A stretch of DNA of 39,373 bases from NCBI GenBank assembly GCA_918797485.1, contig CAKKNE010000008.1:1-39373 (forward strand), in the 5' to 3' direction. The stretch comes from Pelagomonas calceolata. Lineage: Eukaryota. Positions 1 to 12,895 of this stretch are shown one piece after another. A program made the position numbers and the translations under genes. The notes beneath the pieces are model-generated. The model was not told where the DNA came from. It saw nothing but the letters and a program-made list of their open reading frames with translations, and did no database searches. Position 1 is the first letter of the stretch; every line of letters begins with the position of its first letter.

Positions 1-1521
<1,521 letters not shown>

Positions 1522-1555
1522 AATTCTTGTTTTTATTATTAATTCAAGAATTTAA

Positions 1556-1629
1556 GAGCTTGTAGCTTAGTTGGTTAGAGCATACGCCTGATAAGCGTAA
1601 GGTCAACAGTTCAAATCTGTTCAAGCTCA
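1556..1629 (+). tRNA. trnI: tRNA-Ile(GAU)
   Basis: GAGCTTG/CAAGCTC acceptor; TACGC-CT-GAT-AA-GCGTA anticodon arm. Confidence 0.95.
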
Positions 1630-1705
1630 TCATGTATATTTAATGAATTACATGATTTTTAATTAAAAAATTCTAACAAAAGGTTAGGTGATTGAAAGCC
1701 GTGTG

Positions 1706-1779
1706 GTGAGCATAACTCAGTTGGTTAGAGTATCAGATTGTGGCTTTGAAAGACACGGGTTCAAGTCCCGTTGTTCACC
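1706..1779 (+). tRNA. trnH: tRNA-His(GUG)
   Basis: GTGAGCA/TGTTCAC acceptor, C discriminator, genomic G at -1 (1705); TCAGA-TT-GTG-GC-TTTGA. Confidence 0.95.
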
Positions 1780-1832
1780 CTATTTTTTTGTTTAGGGTTG
1801 CTAGTAAAATACAAAAAAAGTTTCTGTTTATT

Positions 1833-3029
1833 ATGGCATTAAAAAAAAGTGAACTCTCTCTAAAGGCGAAGAATTTCACAATAAACTTTGGACCCCAGCA
1901 CCCAGCTGCACATGGTGTGTTGAGATTGGTATTAGACTTGGACGGAGAAGTTGTGGAAAGAGCAGACCCCCATATAGGGTTATTACACAGGGGTACTGAA
2001 AAGCTTATAGAGTATAAAACGTATATGCAAGCTTTACCTTATTTTGACAGATTGGACTATGTTTCTATGATGGCGCAAGAGCAAACATATTCTTTAGCAG
2101 TTGAGAAATTGTTATCTTGTCGTGTTCCTTTAAGAGGTCAGTACATAAGAGTATTATTCGCAGAGATTACTCGAATATTGAATCATTTACTTGCTGTCGG
2201 TTGTCATGCTATGGATGTTGGAGCGACAACACCGATGCTTTGGGCATTCGAAGAGAGAGAAAAACTAATGGAGTTCTATGAAAGGGTTTCAGGGGCCAGG
2301 CTTCACGCTGCATACATAAGACCAGGCGGTGTTAGTCAAGATTTGCCATTAGGATTGTTGGATGACATTTACATGTTTTCGGAACAATTCAGCACTAGGG
2401 TAGATGAAATGGAGGAACTTTTAACGGGAAATCGCATTTGGAAGCAACGACTAGTTGATATTGGTGTAGTTTCTGCAAAAGATGCCAAGGATTGGGGTTT
2501 TAGTGGTGTTATGCTTAGAGGATCTGGAGTTTCTTGGGATTTAAGGAAAACTCAGCCATATGATGTTTATTCTTCTATTGATTTTGATGTCCCCGTGGGG
2601 ACTAATGGGGATTGTTTTGATAGGTACCTCATTAGAATTGAAGAGATGAGACAATCTTTAAGGATCATTTCTCAGTGCATAAACACAATACCTGAAGGCC
2701 CAGTAAAATCCTCTGATGCTAAAATAGTGACTCCTTCGAGATCTCAAGTAAAAAACTCTATGGAATCGCTAATCCATCATTTTAAGCTTCACACTGAAGG
2801 CTTCTCAGTTCCTTCCGGTGAAACCTATTCCGCTACAGAAGCACCTAAAGGTGAATTTGGTGTTTTCTTGATATCAAATGGTTCAAATAAACCATATCGT
2901 TGTAAAATCAAGGCACCAGGATTTAACCATTTGCAAGCTTTGGATTTTATGAGCAAAGGTCATTTGGTTGCTGACGTAGTTACTATAATAGGAACACAAG
3001 ACATTGTTTTTGGTGAAGTTGATAGATAA
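1833..3029 (+). CDS. nad7: NADH dehydrogenase subunit 7
   Basis: [15 protein letters not shown]...VFGEVDR; start set at ATG 1833 because the longer ORF starts inside trnH. Confidence 0.98.
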   Translation: MALKKSELSLKAKNFTINFGPQHPAAHGVLRLVLDLDGEVVERADPHIGLLHRGTEKLIEYKTYMQALPYFDRLDYVSMMAQEQTYSLAVEKLLSCRVPLRGQYIRVLFAEITRILNHLLAVGCHAMDVGATTPMLWAFEEREKLMEFYERVSGARLHAAYIRPGGVSQDLPLGLLDDIYMFSEQFSTRVDEMEELLTGNRIWKQRLVDIGVVSAKDAKDWGFSGVMLRGSGVSWDLRKTQPYDVYSSIDFDVPVGTNGDCFDRYLIRIEEMRQSLRIISQCINTIPEGPVKSSDAKIVTPSRSQVKNSMESLIHHFKLHTEGFSVPSGETYSATEAPKGEFGVFLISNGSNKPYRCKIKAPGFNHLQALDFMSKGHLVADVVTIIGTQDIVFGEVDR

Positions 3030-3077
3030 AAAAATCTTGCATTGAAACTCTTATCTTATGAGTTCTTTTGCTTGAAA

Positions 3078-3166
3078 GGAAAAGTGGCTGAGTGGCTTAA
3101 AGCATTGGTTTGCTAAATCAACGTATACTTTATTTTATACCACGGGTTCGAATCCCGTCTTTTCCA
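3078..3166 (+). tRNA. trnS: tRNA-Ser(GCU)
   Basis: GGAAAAG/CTTTTCC acceptor; TT-GCT-AA loop; long variable arm. Confidence 0.93.
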
Positions 3167-3218
3167 AGAATGTTTTTTGTAGTAGAAAAAATTATTTTTT
3201 TAATAAGAGTTTTGGCAC

Positions 3219-3599
3219 ATGATACAAACTCAAACTATTGTAGATGTTGTAGATAATTCTGGAGCTAAGTCATTAAGGTGTATAAAAGTTTTCGGAGGTT
3301 TTAAAAAGCGGTATGGTGTTTTAGGAAGTGTTATAAGAGCATCCATACAAGAGTTACGTCACAAAAGCAATAAAAAATCGGGATTTAAAAAAGGGGATCT
3401 TGTTTTTGCTTTAGTGGTCCAGGTTCGGTCGAAATCTAAAAGAAAAGATGGTCAATTTTTCAATTCTTTTAAAAACTCTGCTGTAATTATAGATAAAAAT
3501 TTAAAACCGTTGTCTACAAGGATCTTGATTCCCATTTGCAACGAGTTTAGACAAAAGAACTCTGCCAAACTTGTTAGTTTAGCTCCTTTTATTTTTTAA
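3219..3599 (+). CDS. rpl14: ribosomal protein L14
   Basis: MIQTQTIVDVVDNSGAK, RKDG..F..NSAVI. Confidence 0.96.
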   Translation: MIQTQTIVDVVDNSGAKSLRCIKVFGGFKKRYGVLGSVIRASIQELRHKSNKKSGFKKGDLVFALVVQVRSKSKRKDGQFFNSFKNSAVIIDKNLKPLSTRILIPICNEFRQKNSAKLVSLAPFIF

Positions 3600-3611
3600 A
3601 ATGTTTTTATA

Positions 3612-4163
3612 ATGTGGAAAAGCTATAATCGTTTTTATACCCAAACAATAAGGTCAGAAGTAGGCTCTGTTTTTTTGTGCAAAAATGTTAACGAAATCCC
3701 TTGCGTTAAAAAGATATCTTTAACTAGTGTTTCCAGTAGCCCTAATAATATAAGAAATGTTTTGATGACTCTTAGTTCTCTTCAATTAGTAAGTAATAGA
3801 AAAACCAAGATAGTTACATCAAAACGGTCTAATTCTTTAATGAAAATTAGGAAGGGGCAGCCTTTGGGTGCTAAAACCTTTTTAACCGGTGGTAGAGGTT
3901 TGCAGTTTCTAAGCTTTTTTACTTTAAAATTAATGCCTGGATTAGATTTGACTAGTTTATTATTCTATCATAGTGGGAATAGCGATTTTAAATTTTTTAT
4001 AAAGTCATCTTCCATTTTTAGTGAACTAAGACATTTTCAATTTTTTCAATTTTTACCACCAATTCAAGTTATTTTTACTTTAAAACGGCCATCCAATGCT
4101 AAACAAATTTTTTTTTGGCGGTTTTTAAAGTTACCCGTGTCCTCTTTTAGAAAAGACAATTAA
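3612..4163 (+). CDS. rpl5: ribosomal protein L5
   Basis: N..EIP..KKI and KIRKGQPLGAK motifs; follows rpl14 as in the spc operon. Confidence 0.85.
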   Translation: MWKSYNRFYTQTIRSEVGSVFLCKNVNEIPCVKKISLTSVSSSPNNIRNVLMTLSSLQLVSNRKTKIVTSKRSNSLMKIRKGQPLGAKTFLTGGRGLQFLSFFTLKLMPGLDLTSLLFYHSGNSDFKFFIKSSSIFSELRHFQFFQFLPPIQVIFTLKRPSNAKQIFFWRFLKLPVSSFRKDN

Positions 4164-4231
4164 TTTCTTTCTTCTAAAACTTTTGTTTGACACTTAAATA
4201 AATATTTTAAAAATTAGTACTTTTTATTGAC

Positions 4232-5221
4232 ATGATGTATCATATTGGCTTTATAGTAGCGAGTCTCTTAATAATTGTTATTCCATTGCTTATTTCAGTT
4301 GCTTATTTTACACTAGTTGAAAGGAAATTTATGGGATCTATGCAGAGAAGGAGAGGGCCAAATGTTGTAGGTTTTATGGGTCTTCTTCAGCCTCTAGCGG
4401 ATGGATTAAAGCTTTTTGCTAAAGAAACGGTCCTGCCAAGCAACGCAAATATTGTTCTCTTTGTTTTAGCTCCTATAATCACTTTTGTATTAAGTTTAAT
4501 GGGTTGGATTGTAATTCCGTTTGGTGAAGGTGCTGTAGTTTCTGATGTGAATGTAGGTATTCTTTATCTTTTTGCGATATCTTCTTTAAGTGTTTATGGA
4601 ATTATTACTGCTGGGTGGTCAAGTAACTCAAAATACCCCTTTCTTGGAGCTTTAAGGTCGGCAGCTCAGATGGTTTCTTATGAAGTTTCTATTGGATTTA
4701 TCATAGTAACCGTTGTACTTTGTGCTGGATCTTTCAATTTGTCTACCATTGTTTTGTCACAAGCGAAGGTATGGTATATAATACCATTGTTTCCTATGTT
4801 TATAATGTTTTTTATATCTGCTTTAGCGGAGACGAATCGGCATCCTTTTGATTTGCCGGAAGCGGAAGCTGAATTAGTTTCAGGCTACAATGTAGAGTAT
4901 TCCGCAATGGGGTTCGCTTTATTTTTTTTAGGTGAATACGCTAACATGTTGATAATGAGCGGAATGACAACAATCCTTTTTTTGGGTGGTTGGTTGCCTA
5001 TTTTTAACATCATGCCTTTCAACCTACTTCCTGGACCGGTGTGGTTCTCGCTAAAATTGTCGATTTTTGTTATTGCCTTCATTTGGGCTCGTGCTGCGTT
5101 ACCTAGATATAGGTATGATCAATTAATGTCCTTAGGTTGGAAAGCATTCCTTCCATTGTCCTTAGGGTGGTTGTTATTCACAGTTGCTTGTCTGATAAGT
5201 TTTAATTGGTTACCTGAATAA
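4232..5221 (+). CDS. nad1: NADH dehydrogenase subunit 1
   Basis: [33 protein letters not shown]. Confidence 0.99.
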   Translation: MMYHIGFIVASLLIIVIPLLISVAYFTLVERKFMGSMQRRRGPNVVGFMGLLQPLADGLKLFAKETVLPSNANIVLFVLAPIITFVLSLMGWIVIPFGEGAVVSDVNVGILYLFAISSLSVYGIITAGWSSNSKYPFLGALRSAAQMVSYEVSIGFIIVTVVLCAGSFNLSTIVLSQAKVWYIIPLFPMFIMFFISALAETNRHPFDLPEAEAELVSGYNVEYSAMGFALFFLGEYANMLIMSGMTTILFLGGWLPIFNIMPFNLLPGPVWFSLKLSIFVIAFIWARAALPRYRYDQLMSLGWKAFLPLSLGWLLFTVACLISFNWLPE

Positions 5222-5223
5222 AT

Positions 5224-5541
5224 ATGATAATAAAATTACATTTGGTTTCTCATAAAAGTTTTTTATTAGATAAGTTTGTAAAAAAACTTTTAGAAGTGAC
5301 AAACTTAAACAGAGAAAGCGTTAAAGTTGTATCTCTACCAATTAAGAGAAGGGTTTTTACTGTTTTGAAGTCTCCTTTTGTAAATAAAAAAGCTCGTGAC
5401 CAATTTGGAATTGATACTTATAGAAAATTAGTTATATTAGAAAAAATTGATTTACTTGTTTTTTCACAATTTTTAAAGAGAATCTCTTGTAAAGGGGTTG
5501 CTTTTAAAATTACGTTAAAGGGGGGTAGTTCAATTTGGTAG
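5224..5541 (+). CDS. rps10: ribosomal protein S10
   Basis: LPIKRRVFTVLKSPFVNKKARDQF motif; stop codon lies inside trnW. Confidence 0.92.
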   Translation: MIIKLHLVSHKSFLLDKFVKKLLEVTNLNRESVKVVSLPIKRRVFTVLKSPFVNKKARDQFGIDTYRKLVILEKIDLLVFSQFLKRISCKGVAFKITLKGGSSIW

Positions 5542-5592
5542 AACAGTGGTTTCCAAAACCGAAGGTTGTGGGTTCAAGTCCCGCCTTCCCTG
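5519..5592 (+). tRNA. trnW: tRNA-Trp(CCA)
   Basis: AGGGGGG/CTTCCCT acceptor; TT-CCA-AA loop; GTGGG-TTCAAGT-CCCGC T arm. Confidence 0.93.
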
Positions 5593-5680
5593 AATATATT
5601 TTTTTCCTTCAAAAAAGGAAAAAGATATTTTAATTTTTCAGTAGTGATTATAAATTTGATACAATTAGTACACACGCACA

Positions 5681-7696
5681 ATGTATTTAAATATCGTTTT
5701 TTTACCCTTTCTAGGGTCTTTTATTGGTGGTTTCTTTGGTAGATTCCTAGGACCGCACGGTTCCGCTATTGTTACAACAAGCTGTATTGGTTCTGCTTGT
5801 TTAATGTCTTTAGTAGCTTTCTTCGAGGTTGCCTTATCTGGTTGCCCCTGTTATATAAAAATAGCCCCTTGGATAGATTCAGAGTTATTTAATGTTCCTT
5901 GGGGGTTTTTATTTGATAGTTTGACCGTTGTTATGTTAGTAGTTGTTACTTTTATTTCAACATTGGTGCATTTATACTCCACAGAATATATGTCACACGA
6001 CCCGCATCTTCCTAGATTCATGTCTTATTTGTCTTTATTTACGGCTTTTATGCTGGTTTTAGTGACCGGAGACAATTATATGCAAATGTTTTTAGGTTGG
6101 GAAGGTATTGGGTTATCCTCTTATTTGTTAATAAATTTTTGGTTTACTCGTCTTCAGGCGAACAAGGCCGCTATAAAAGCGATGATTATAAATAGAATTG
6201 GGGATTTCGGGCTAGCATTAGGTATTTTTATGATATACATTTTTTTTCAGTCTATGGAATATTCTAGTGTTTTTGCTATGGTTCCTTTTTTTGCCGAGCA
6301 GCAAGTTTGCTTTTTATCGCTAAATTTTAATTTATTAAATGTTGTTGGTGTGCTGTTGTTTATTGGAGCCGTAGGTAAGTCTGCACAGTTAGGTTTACAC
6401 ACGTGGTTACCTGATGCTATGGAAGGTCCAACTCCAGTTTCAGCATTAATCCATGCAGCTACTTTAGTTACGGCTGGTGTTTTTCTTATGGCTAGAAGTT
6501 CACCTCTTTTGGAATATGCTAACGGAGCGCTTTCTATAATTACAATTTTTGGAGGTATGACCGCCTTTTTTGCCGCTACCACGGGTCTACTACAAAATGA
6601 TCTTAAGCGTGTAATCGCTTATTCCACCTGTAGTCAATTGGGTTATATGGTTTTTGCATGTGGTGTGTCTAACTATGCTGTAGGTGTTTTCCACTTAGCG
6701 AATCACGCATTTTTTAAAGCTCTTCTATTCTTAAGTGCAGGTTCGGTTATTCATGGAGTTTCTGATGAACAGGATATGAGAAAAATGGGAGGATTGCGTA
6801 GACTACTGCCTTTTACTTATGCTATGATGTTAATCGGGTCTTTATCTCTTATGGGAATGCCGTTTTTAACCGGTTTTTATTCTAAAGATGTTATTTTAGA
6901 GGTAGCCTATGCCAAATACACCATACCAGGGCATTTTGCATATTGGTTAGGTACTTTTGCTGCATTCTTTACAGCATTTTATTCAATGCGCTTGGCTTTT
7001 TTAACTTTTTTGTCTGAGCCAAATGGTTATAGACCAGTAATAACGAATGCTCACGATTCTCCTATACGAATGGCATTACCCTTAGCTATACTTGCGGTTC
7101 CAAGTATTTTCATAGGTTTTATAGCTAGGGATGCTATAATAGGCTTAGGTTCTGATTTTTGGTCTAATGCTATTTTTGTTCACCCTAAAAATTTAAATAG
7201 TATAGATGCGGAATTCATCCCACATTCTATGAAATTATTGCCCGTAGGGCTAAGTATTACCGGAGCTGCATCCGCATGTGTCTTGTACTCTTATAAAAGT
7301 CATTCTTTGTATGATTTAAAGATGTCTGAGTATGGTAAAAAATTATACACATTTCTTAACAGAAAATGGTTTTTTGACAAAGTTTACAATGAGCACATAG
7401 CCCAAAAGATGTTATTTTTTGGTTATCATATATCATATAAAACTATTGATAGAGGTATTATTGAAATTTTTGGTCCTATGGGGTTATCTACAGCGGTAAC
7501 TAAACAAGCTAATTTGATGCGAGAACTGCAAACAGGGTATATTTATCACTATGCTTTCTTCATCTTTTTAGGTACTGGTGTTTTAATAGGTCTTTCTTTC
7601 TTAGATAATTCGCTTTTGTCTTTAATTGATTATAGAATTATTTGCTTGCTTGTAGCTACAGCTTTTGCTTCTAAGCAAATCAAGATATCGTCGTAA
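5681..7696 (+). CDS. nad5: NADH dehydrogenase subunit 5
   Basis: GKSAQLGLHTWLPDAMEGPTPVSALIHAAT. Confidence 0.99.
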   Translation: MYLNIVFLPFLGSFIGGFFGRFLGPHGSAIVTTSCIGSACLMSLVAFFEVALSGCPCYIKIAPWIDSELFNVPWGFLFDSLTVVMLVVVTFISTLVHLYSTEYMSHDPHLPRFMSYLSLFTAFMLVLVTGDNYMQMFLGWEGIGLSSYLLINFWFTRLQANKAAIKAMIINRIGDFGLALGIFMIYIFFQSMEYSSVFAMVPFFAEQQVCFLSLNFNLLNVVGVLLFIGAVGKSAQLGLHTWLPDAMEGPTPVSALIHAATLVTAGVFLMARSSPLLEYANGALSIITIFGGMTAFFAATTGLLQNDLKRVIAYSTCSQLGYMVFACGVSNYAVGVFHLANHAFFKALLFLSAGSVIHGVSDEQDMRKMGGLRRLLPFTYAMMLIGSLSLMGMPFLTGFYSKDVILEVAYAKYTIPGHFAYWLGTFAAFFTAFYSMRLAFLTFLSEPNGYRPVITNAHDSPIRMALPLAILAVPSIFIGFIARDAIIGLGSDFWSNAIFVHPKNLNSIDAEFIPHSMKLLPVGLSITGAASACVLYSYKSHSLYDLKMSEYGKKLYTFLNRKWFFDKVYNEHIAQKMLFFGYHISYKTIDRGIIEIFGPMGLSTAVTKQANLMRELQTGYIYHYAFFIFLGTGVLIGLSFLDNSLLSLIDYRIICLLVATAFASKQIKISS

Positions 7697-7760
7697 AATA
7701 AAAAAACCTTTTTTATTTCGTAATAGAGAAAAAAAACATTGTCAGTATTTTTTTATTATC

Positions 7761-9230
7761 ATGATCAAATTTTTAGTAGGGATTCTTTTAGCGGGATCCT
7801 TTTTCATCTTATTTATCCCCAAGCATCAATATTTTTTGATTCGTTTTGTGGGGAATTCCGTATCTTTTTTTACGTTTTTCGTTTCTTTGTTTTTATGGGT
7901 TCTTTTCGATGACTCCACTCCTAAACTTCAATTTGTGGAGGAAATTGTTTGGTTATCCCAGTCTAATATAAATTTCACTTTAGGAATAGATGGTATTTCT
8001 ATTTTCTTCTTATTATTAACCACGCTGCTAATCCCTATTTGCTTATTGGCGAGTTGGTCTAGCGTAACTATATACGTAAAAGAGTATTTTATTGCTTTTT
8101 TATTAATGGAAGTTCTATTGATACTTGTTTTTTCTGTTTCCGATCTACTTTTATTTTATATTTTCTTTGAAAGTGTTTTAATTCCTATGTATATAATCAT
8201 AGGGGTCTGGGGATCTAGAGAAAGGAAGATACGAGCGGCTTATATGTTCTTTCTTTACACACTTTTTGGTTCGGTGTTGATGCTTTTAGGTATTATTTAT
8301 ATATATGTACAAGTAGGGTCCACTGACTATGAAACTTTACTAAATTATAATTTTAATAGTTTGGAACAAAGGTTGCTTTGGCTCTCTTTTTTTGCCTCTT
8401 TTGCTTCAAAGGTGCCTATGTTGCCTGCGCATATATGGCTTCCGGAAGCCCATGTTGAAGCACCAACCGCGGGTTCCGTTGTTTTAGCAGGTATCTTATT
8501 AAAACTGGGGTCGTATGGATTTTTACGTTTTTCATTGCCAATTTTTCCAGAGGCTTCGTACTTTTTTACTCCACTGGTGTATACTTTATCTATTGTTGGT
8601 GTTATTTACACATCTTTAACTGCCATTAGACAAACAGATTTAAAAAGAATTATTGCCTATACTTCTGTAGCTCATATGAATCTAGTTGTTATGGGACTTT
8701 TTTGTTTTAATACTGTTGGTTTGGAAGGTGCTATTATACAAAGTATTAGCCATGGATTTGTGTCTAGTGCACTTTTTCTAGTTATAGGGGTTGTGTATGA
8801 TCGACATCATACAAGAATGGTGAAATATTATAGTGGTCTTGTTCACACTATGCCCTTATTCGTTACAATATTTCTTCTTTTTACCATGGCAAATATAGCA
8901 TTACCAGGTACAAGTAGTTTTGTGGGTGAATTTTTGATCTTAGCCGGTGTGTTTAAAGCTAACACGACTGGGGCTTTTTTAGGAGCTACAGGTATGGTTT
9001 TTGGAGGTGCTTACTCTTTATGGTTATTTAATCGTATATCTTACGGTAATCTAAAATTGCAATATATAGATCACTTTTCCGATATAAACAAGAGAGAATT
9101 CTTTGTGTTTTTGCCTTTAATAATCGGTACGCTTTATCTTGGATTGTATCCTGAAGTCTTTCTAACATCTTTACACTCAAGTGTGGTAAATCTTGTCGAA
9201 ATTATTAATCCTAACGATTTCGGTTCTTAA
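7761..9230 (+). CDS. nad4: NADH dehydrogenase subunit 4
   Basis: HIWLPEAHVEAPTAGSVVLAG; start set to first ATG after nad5. Confidence 0.97.
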   Translation: MIKFLVGILLAGSFFILFIPKHQYFLIRFVGNSVSFFTFFVSLFLWVLFDDSTPKLQFVEEIVWLSQSNINFTLGIDGISIFFLLLTTLLIPICLLASWSSVTIYVKEYFIAFLLMEVLLILVFSVSDLLLFYIFFESVLIPMYIIIGVWGSRERKIRAAYMFFLYTLFGSVLMLLGIIYIYVQVGSTDYETLLNYNFNSLEQRLLWLSFFASFASKVPMLPAHIWLPEAHVEAPTAGSVVLAGILLKLGSYGFLRFSLPIFPEASYFFTPLVYTLSIVGVIYTSLTAIRQTDLKRIIAYTSVAHMNLVVMGLFCFNTVGLEGAIIQSISHGFVSSALFLVIGVVYDRHHTRMVKYYSGLVHTMPLFVTIFLLFTMANIALPGTSSFVGEFLILAGVFKANTTGAFLGATGMVFGGAYSLWLFNRISYGNLKLQYIDHFSDINKREFFVFLPLIIGTLYLGLYPEVFLTSLHSSVVNLVEIINPNDFGS

Positions 9231-9259
9231 AAAGCTTTACTTTAATAAAACATTATTTG

Positions 9260-9289
9260 TAAGGTTTATCTCTTAAGAGATAAACCTTA
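9260..9289. terminator. perfect 30-bp palindrome between convergent nad4 and cox2
   Basis: TAAGGTTTATCTCTT|AAGAGATAAACCTTA at a convergence point; terminator role inferred. Confidence 0.6.
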
Positions 9290-9380
9290 ACTTAATCTCT
9301 ATTCTTTTTTAGGGTTGAGAAGTCCCCACACCGTTTATTCAACAGCGAGGCTAGTGGTTTTTTTAATAAACTTCGCTTAA

Positions 9381-10223
9381 TTAAGCAAGTTCTAAACCAT
9401 CTAATTTGTCTGCAATCCAAGAAACGTAATTTTCTAAATTAACTGCTTCTACAACTATAGGCATAAATCCATGATTTACCCCACATATTTCACTGCATTG
9501 TCCATAATAAACACCTTCTCTTTTTATGAACATAGATGTTTGGTTTAGACGCCCTGGACACGCGTCTATTTTAACACCGAAAGAAGGAATAGCCCAACTA
9601 TGGAGCACATCCGCTGCGGTCACTAAAACTCTGATATGGGTATTTACAGGAAGTACTAGTCTGTTGTCTACTTCTAATAATCGAAGACCCCCACCAGTTA
9701 GATCTTCTTCCGGAATCATATAAGAATCGAAGTTTAAACTTTCTCCGCCTTCTAAACTACAATAATCAGAGTATTCGTAGCTCCAGTACCATTGATGACC
9801 TACTACTTTTAAAGTAATCGCGGGATCGATGACCTCATCCATAGAGAACAATAGTGCGAAAGAGGGTATCGCAATTAACATTAGGATGACAGCAGGAATT
9901 ATTGTCCAAACAATTTCTAAAACCGTGGAGTGTGTCCATTTTTCTGCTTTGGTATTTACAGATTCCTCAAAAAGGTATATACATCTTACCATAAGCCAAG
10001 AAACAAAGACAACAATAACTGTAATAAAAAACATGATGTGATTATGGAAATTTATGATACCTTCCATAATTGGTGTGGCAGGGTCTTGAAAATCCATTTG
10101 CCAAGGTCGTGACGCATCAGCGAAACAAACTTGACTTAACACAAGTATTGTTGTTAATTTATATGAAATATTTTTTAACATTGCAAAATAAAATTTTTTT
10201 TCATTATTTAAACTTTTCTTCAT
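9381..10223 (-). CDS. cox2: cytochrome c oxidase subunit 2 (alternative start 10181)
   Basis: [17 protein letters not shown], CuA motif [12 protein letters not shown]. Confidence 0.98.
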   Translation of the reverse strand: MKKSLNNEKKFYFAMLKNISYKLTTILVLSQVCFADASRPWQMDFQDPATPIMEGIINFHNHIMFFITVIVVFVSWLMVRCIYLFEESVNTKAEKWTHSTVLEIVWTIIPAVILMLIAIPSFALLFSMDEVIDPAITLKVVGHQWYWSYEYSDYCSLEGGESLNFDSYMIPEEDLTGGGLRLLEVDNRLVLPVNTHIRVLVTAADVLHSWAIPSFGVKIDACPGRLNQTSMFIKREGVYYGQCSEICGVNHGFMPIVVEAVNLENYVSWIADKLDGLELA

Positions 10224-10261
10224 ATTCCTTTTCTAAAGAAGATCATACGCTAATAAGAGCT

Positions 10262-12265
10262 TTAAAAGAAATTTTTAAAGCTTGCTCTATAAGCATCTGA
10301 ACATTTTGCCATTGTTGTGGAATATTTAGACAAGGAATCTGAAATATAAAAATCAGTTAAAAAAGGACTAAAAGGAAGTCGTGACACAGTAGAGGGCGAA
10401 AGGTCTTTAGATTTCAAACTAAAGGATTCTTTTTTAGTTAAATCCATTATTTTATAACCAGGTTTTTCCTCCAATGTTTTAAGTCTTTTTTTTAAGATTC
10501 TAAGAATTTTAAAAGAATCCCTCACTAATGCGGGACCATTTGTAGCTTTTTGCGTTTTTTGGATTCTTCCCTCTAGGTTCATGTAAAAACCCTCTTTCTC
10601 AAGAAAAGTAGTAGTGGGTAATATTAAATCGGCTTTAGCCGTAAATTCACAACCATTGGTTCCTATAAAAATAAGTTTAGTTCCGCTGGAAATTCCCTTT
10701 ATTACTTTATCAAGTTCCTCTTCTCGGAACGATCCTAATAAAACACACAATTCTTGAGTGTGGATATTTGAAAACTTGAAGCTCCCTATTCCTAAATCAA
10801 ACGCACCTACTTGATTTGACTCTTGATTCAGAAAAGACAGGCTATTCCATTTAGACTCTTTTTCCTTTAAATTCTTTTCTATAAAGCTTAATCCTTTTTT
10901 TAGTCCAGAAAAATCATGACGTTCTGCTAAACTTGAACTGTAAAGAATAAGAGGTTTTTTGGCTACCCTTAAGTTTTTACAAAGTGGGTGCCTTCCTTCG
11001 GATATCTCTAATAAAGTATACGGTGTCACTCCTAGAACATCTGTTTTGTACGTCTGATTATGAGGAACGCCAATGGATGCTGTTTGGTAAAGACCTTGTC
11101 GATATCTTTTTCTTAACTTTAAATTTAACATCGAAGCTTCATATCTTGGGTTGAGCCCAACAAGTAGACACATATCTGATTGTTCTACATCAGCCAACGA
11201 CGTGTTACACAAATAGTCTGTCGAAAAGTCAAAACTAAAGTCAAAATTTCTTGGATAGCCAAAGTTTTGAATACCCAGTATATTTGCGAGTTCCTTTGAT
11301 TCATTTAAAGTGTTTAAATCTGTGTTAACACTACACAGAAAACTTATTTTAGAAGCTGGAGTTTCCAATAAAAGTGTCTTTAATTTTTCTACAGCAGTTT
11401 GCCAAGAGCACTGTTGCAATCGATCATCTCCCTTTATGTAAGGACTGTCTAGCCTTTGTATCTTTAAAGAATCAAAGCTAAATCGACTTTTGTCAGATAT
11501 CCATTCCTCATTTAATTTTTCGTTAAGTCTTGGAAGGACTCTTACTACTTCAGTTTCTTTGAAATCTACTCTTATATTGGAACCCACAGCATCAGAAATA
11601 TCTATTGTTTCCGTGGAACGAAGTTCCCAAGGTCTAGCAATAAATGTGTACGGTTTGGATGTTAATGCTCCTACAGGGCATAGGTCAACGACATTACCAG
11701 ATAGTTCGGATTGGAAAATTTTACCTACGTACGTTCCTATTTCCGTATCACGACCTCTATTTGTTGTACCTAAATCCTCTACACCTGCTATATCCATAGC
11801 AAATCTTACACAGCGTGTACAATGTATACAACGCGTCATGATTGTTTTTATTAAAGGTCCGCAATTTTTATCCTCGACTCCTCTTTTATACTCAAAAAAT
11901 CGACTTTTATCACTACCAAAGAACATGGCTTGATCTTGAAGATCACATTCACCACCTTGATCACATATAGGGCAATCCAATGGATGATTCATAAGTAAAA
12001 ATTCTAGAACACCTTCTCTTGCTTTTTTTACTAAAGGAGTGTCTGTAAAAACTTGCATATTGTTCATCACGGGCATAGCACATGAAGCTACAGGTTTAGG
12101 AGATTTTTCCAATTCTACTAAACACATTCTACAATTCCCTGCTACGGATAACCGCTCATGAAAACAAAATCTTGGTACTTCTATACCAATAGATTCACAT
12201 GCTTCTAAAACGGTAGAATTAGACGGAACGTAGGTTATTTCATTGTTTATAAAAACTTTAACCAT
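10262..12265 (-). CDS. nad11: NADH dehydrogenase subunit 11 (75 kDa, unsplit)
   Basis: PRFCFHERLSVAGNCRMC, HPLDCPICDQGGECDLQ, CIHCTRC Fe-S motifs plus C-terminal domain. Confidence 0.98.
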   Translation of the reverse strand: MVKVFINNEITYVPSNSTVLEACESIGIEVPRFCFHERLSVAGNCRMCLVELEKSPKPVASCAMPVMNNMQVFTDTPLVKKAREGVLEFLLMNHPLDCPICDQGGECDLQDQAMFFGSDKSRFFEYKRGVEDKNCGPLIKTIMTRCIHCTRCVRFAMDIAGVEDLGTTNRGRDTEIGTYVGKIFQSELSGNVVDLCPVGALTSKPYTFIARPWELRSTETIDISDAVGSNIRVDFKETEVVRVLPRLNEKLNEEWISDKSRFSFDSLKIQRLDSPYIKGDDRLQQCSWQTAVEKLKTLLLETPASKISFLCSVNTDLNTLNESKELANILGIQNFGYPRNFDFSFDFSTDYLCNTSLADVEQSDMCLLVGLNPRYEASMLNLKLRKRYRQGLYQTASIGVPHNQTYKTDVLGVTPYTLLEISEGRHPLCKNLRVAKKPLILYSSSLAERHDFSGLKKGLSFIEKNLKEKESKWNSLSFLNQESNQVGAFDLGIGSFKFSNIHTQELCVLLGSFREEELDKVIKGISSGTKLIFIGTNGCEFTAKADLILPTTTFLEKEGFYMNLEGRIQKTQKATNGPALVRDSFKILRILKKRLKTLEEKPGYKIMDLTKKESFSLKSKDLSPSTVSRLPFSPFLTDFYISDSLSKYSTTMAKCSDAYRASFKNFF

Positions 12266-12295
12266 TTTATCTAAAAAAAATAAAGAAAACAGTGA

Positions 12296-12895
12296 TTAAT
12301 CACGGGCTAAGAAGACTGCACTATCTGCGTTACGGGATAGCTGTCTAAAAATCAATTGATTTTTAACTGTTTTATTGAACTGTAATGTTAGCACTATAGC
12401 CCCCACCATAGCAACTAAAAGAATCATGCCGGCGATTAAAAAATATACAAAATAATATGTATATAACAATTGGCCTAGTGCTTCAAGATTGGTCACTTTG
12501 TCCACCGTAGAAACCCAAGATATGAAATTGTCCGGTAAATAAGCACTTTTTGGTTCTACAAAACTAGAACTTACAGTGTTCGATACCTCAAAAATGAATA
12601 CTCCTCCAATCAAACCACCTATGGGTAGATATTTAAAAAAATCATTTGCTTTAGAGGTAACTTTTATATCCAACATCATAACAACGAAAAGGAACAATAT
12701 GGCTATAGCTCCTACGTAGACAATAATAAAGGTAAGAGGAATAAACTCTAATTGAAGAACAAACAACATACCTGCAGCGTTTAAAAAAACTAAAACTAGG
12801 AATAATACCGAATGTACGGGGTTTACCACAGTTATTACCATTAAAGCTGCAAACATTGTTAAAGCTGCAAAAATATAAAATAATGTATTTGACAT
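12296..12895 (-). CDS. nad6: NADH dehydrogenase subunit 6
   Basis: NPVHSVLFL, VYVGAIAILFLFVVMML. Confidence 0.98.
   Translation of the reverse strand: MSNTLFYIFAALTMFAALMVITVVNPVHSVLFLVLVFLNAAGMLFVLQLEFIPLTFIIVYVGAIAILFLFVVMMLDIKVTSKANDFFKYLPIGGLIGGVFIFEVSNTVSSSFVEPKSAYLPDNFISWVSTVDKVTNLEALGQLLYTYYFVYFLIAGMILLVAMVGAIVLTLQFNKTVKNQLIFRQLSRNADSAVFLARD

Noticed and set aside
1740..1832. N-terminal extension of nad7 (likewise rps12 from 35082, nad4 from 7665, atp9 from 33530)
   Set aside because: These start inside tRNAs, upstream genes or structured leaders; downstream ATGs give typical lengths.
9312..9380. RNase P RNA (GAGAAGTCC resembling CR-I; GGGCTA or GCTTA resembling CR-V)
   Set aside because: Far too short, and the P4 pairing is incomplete.
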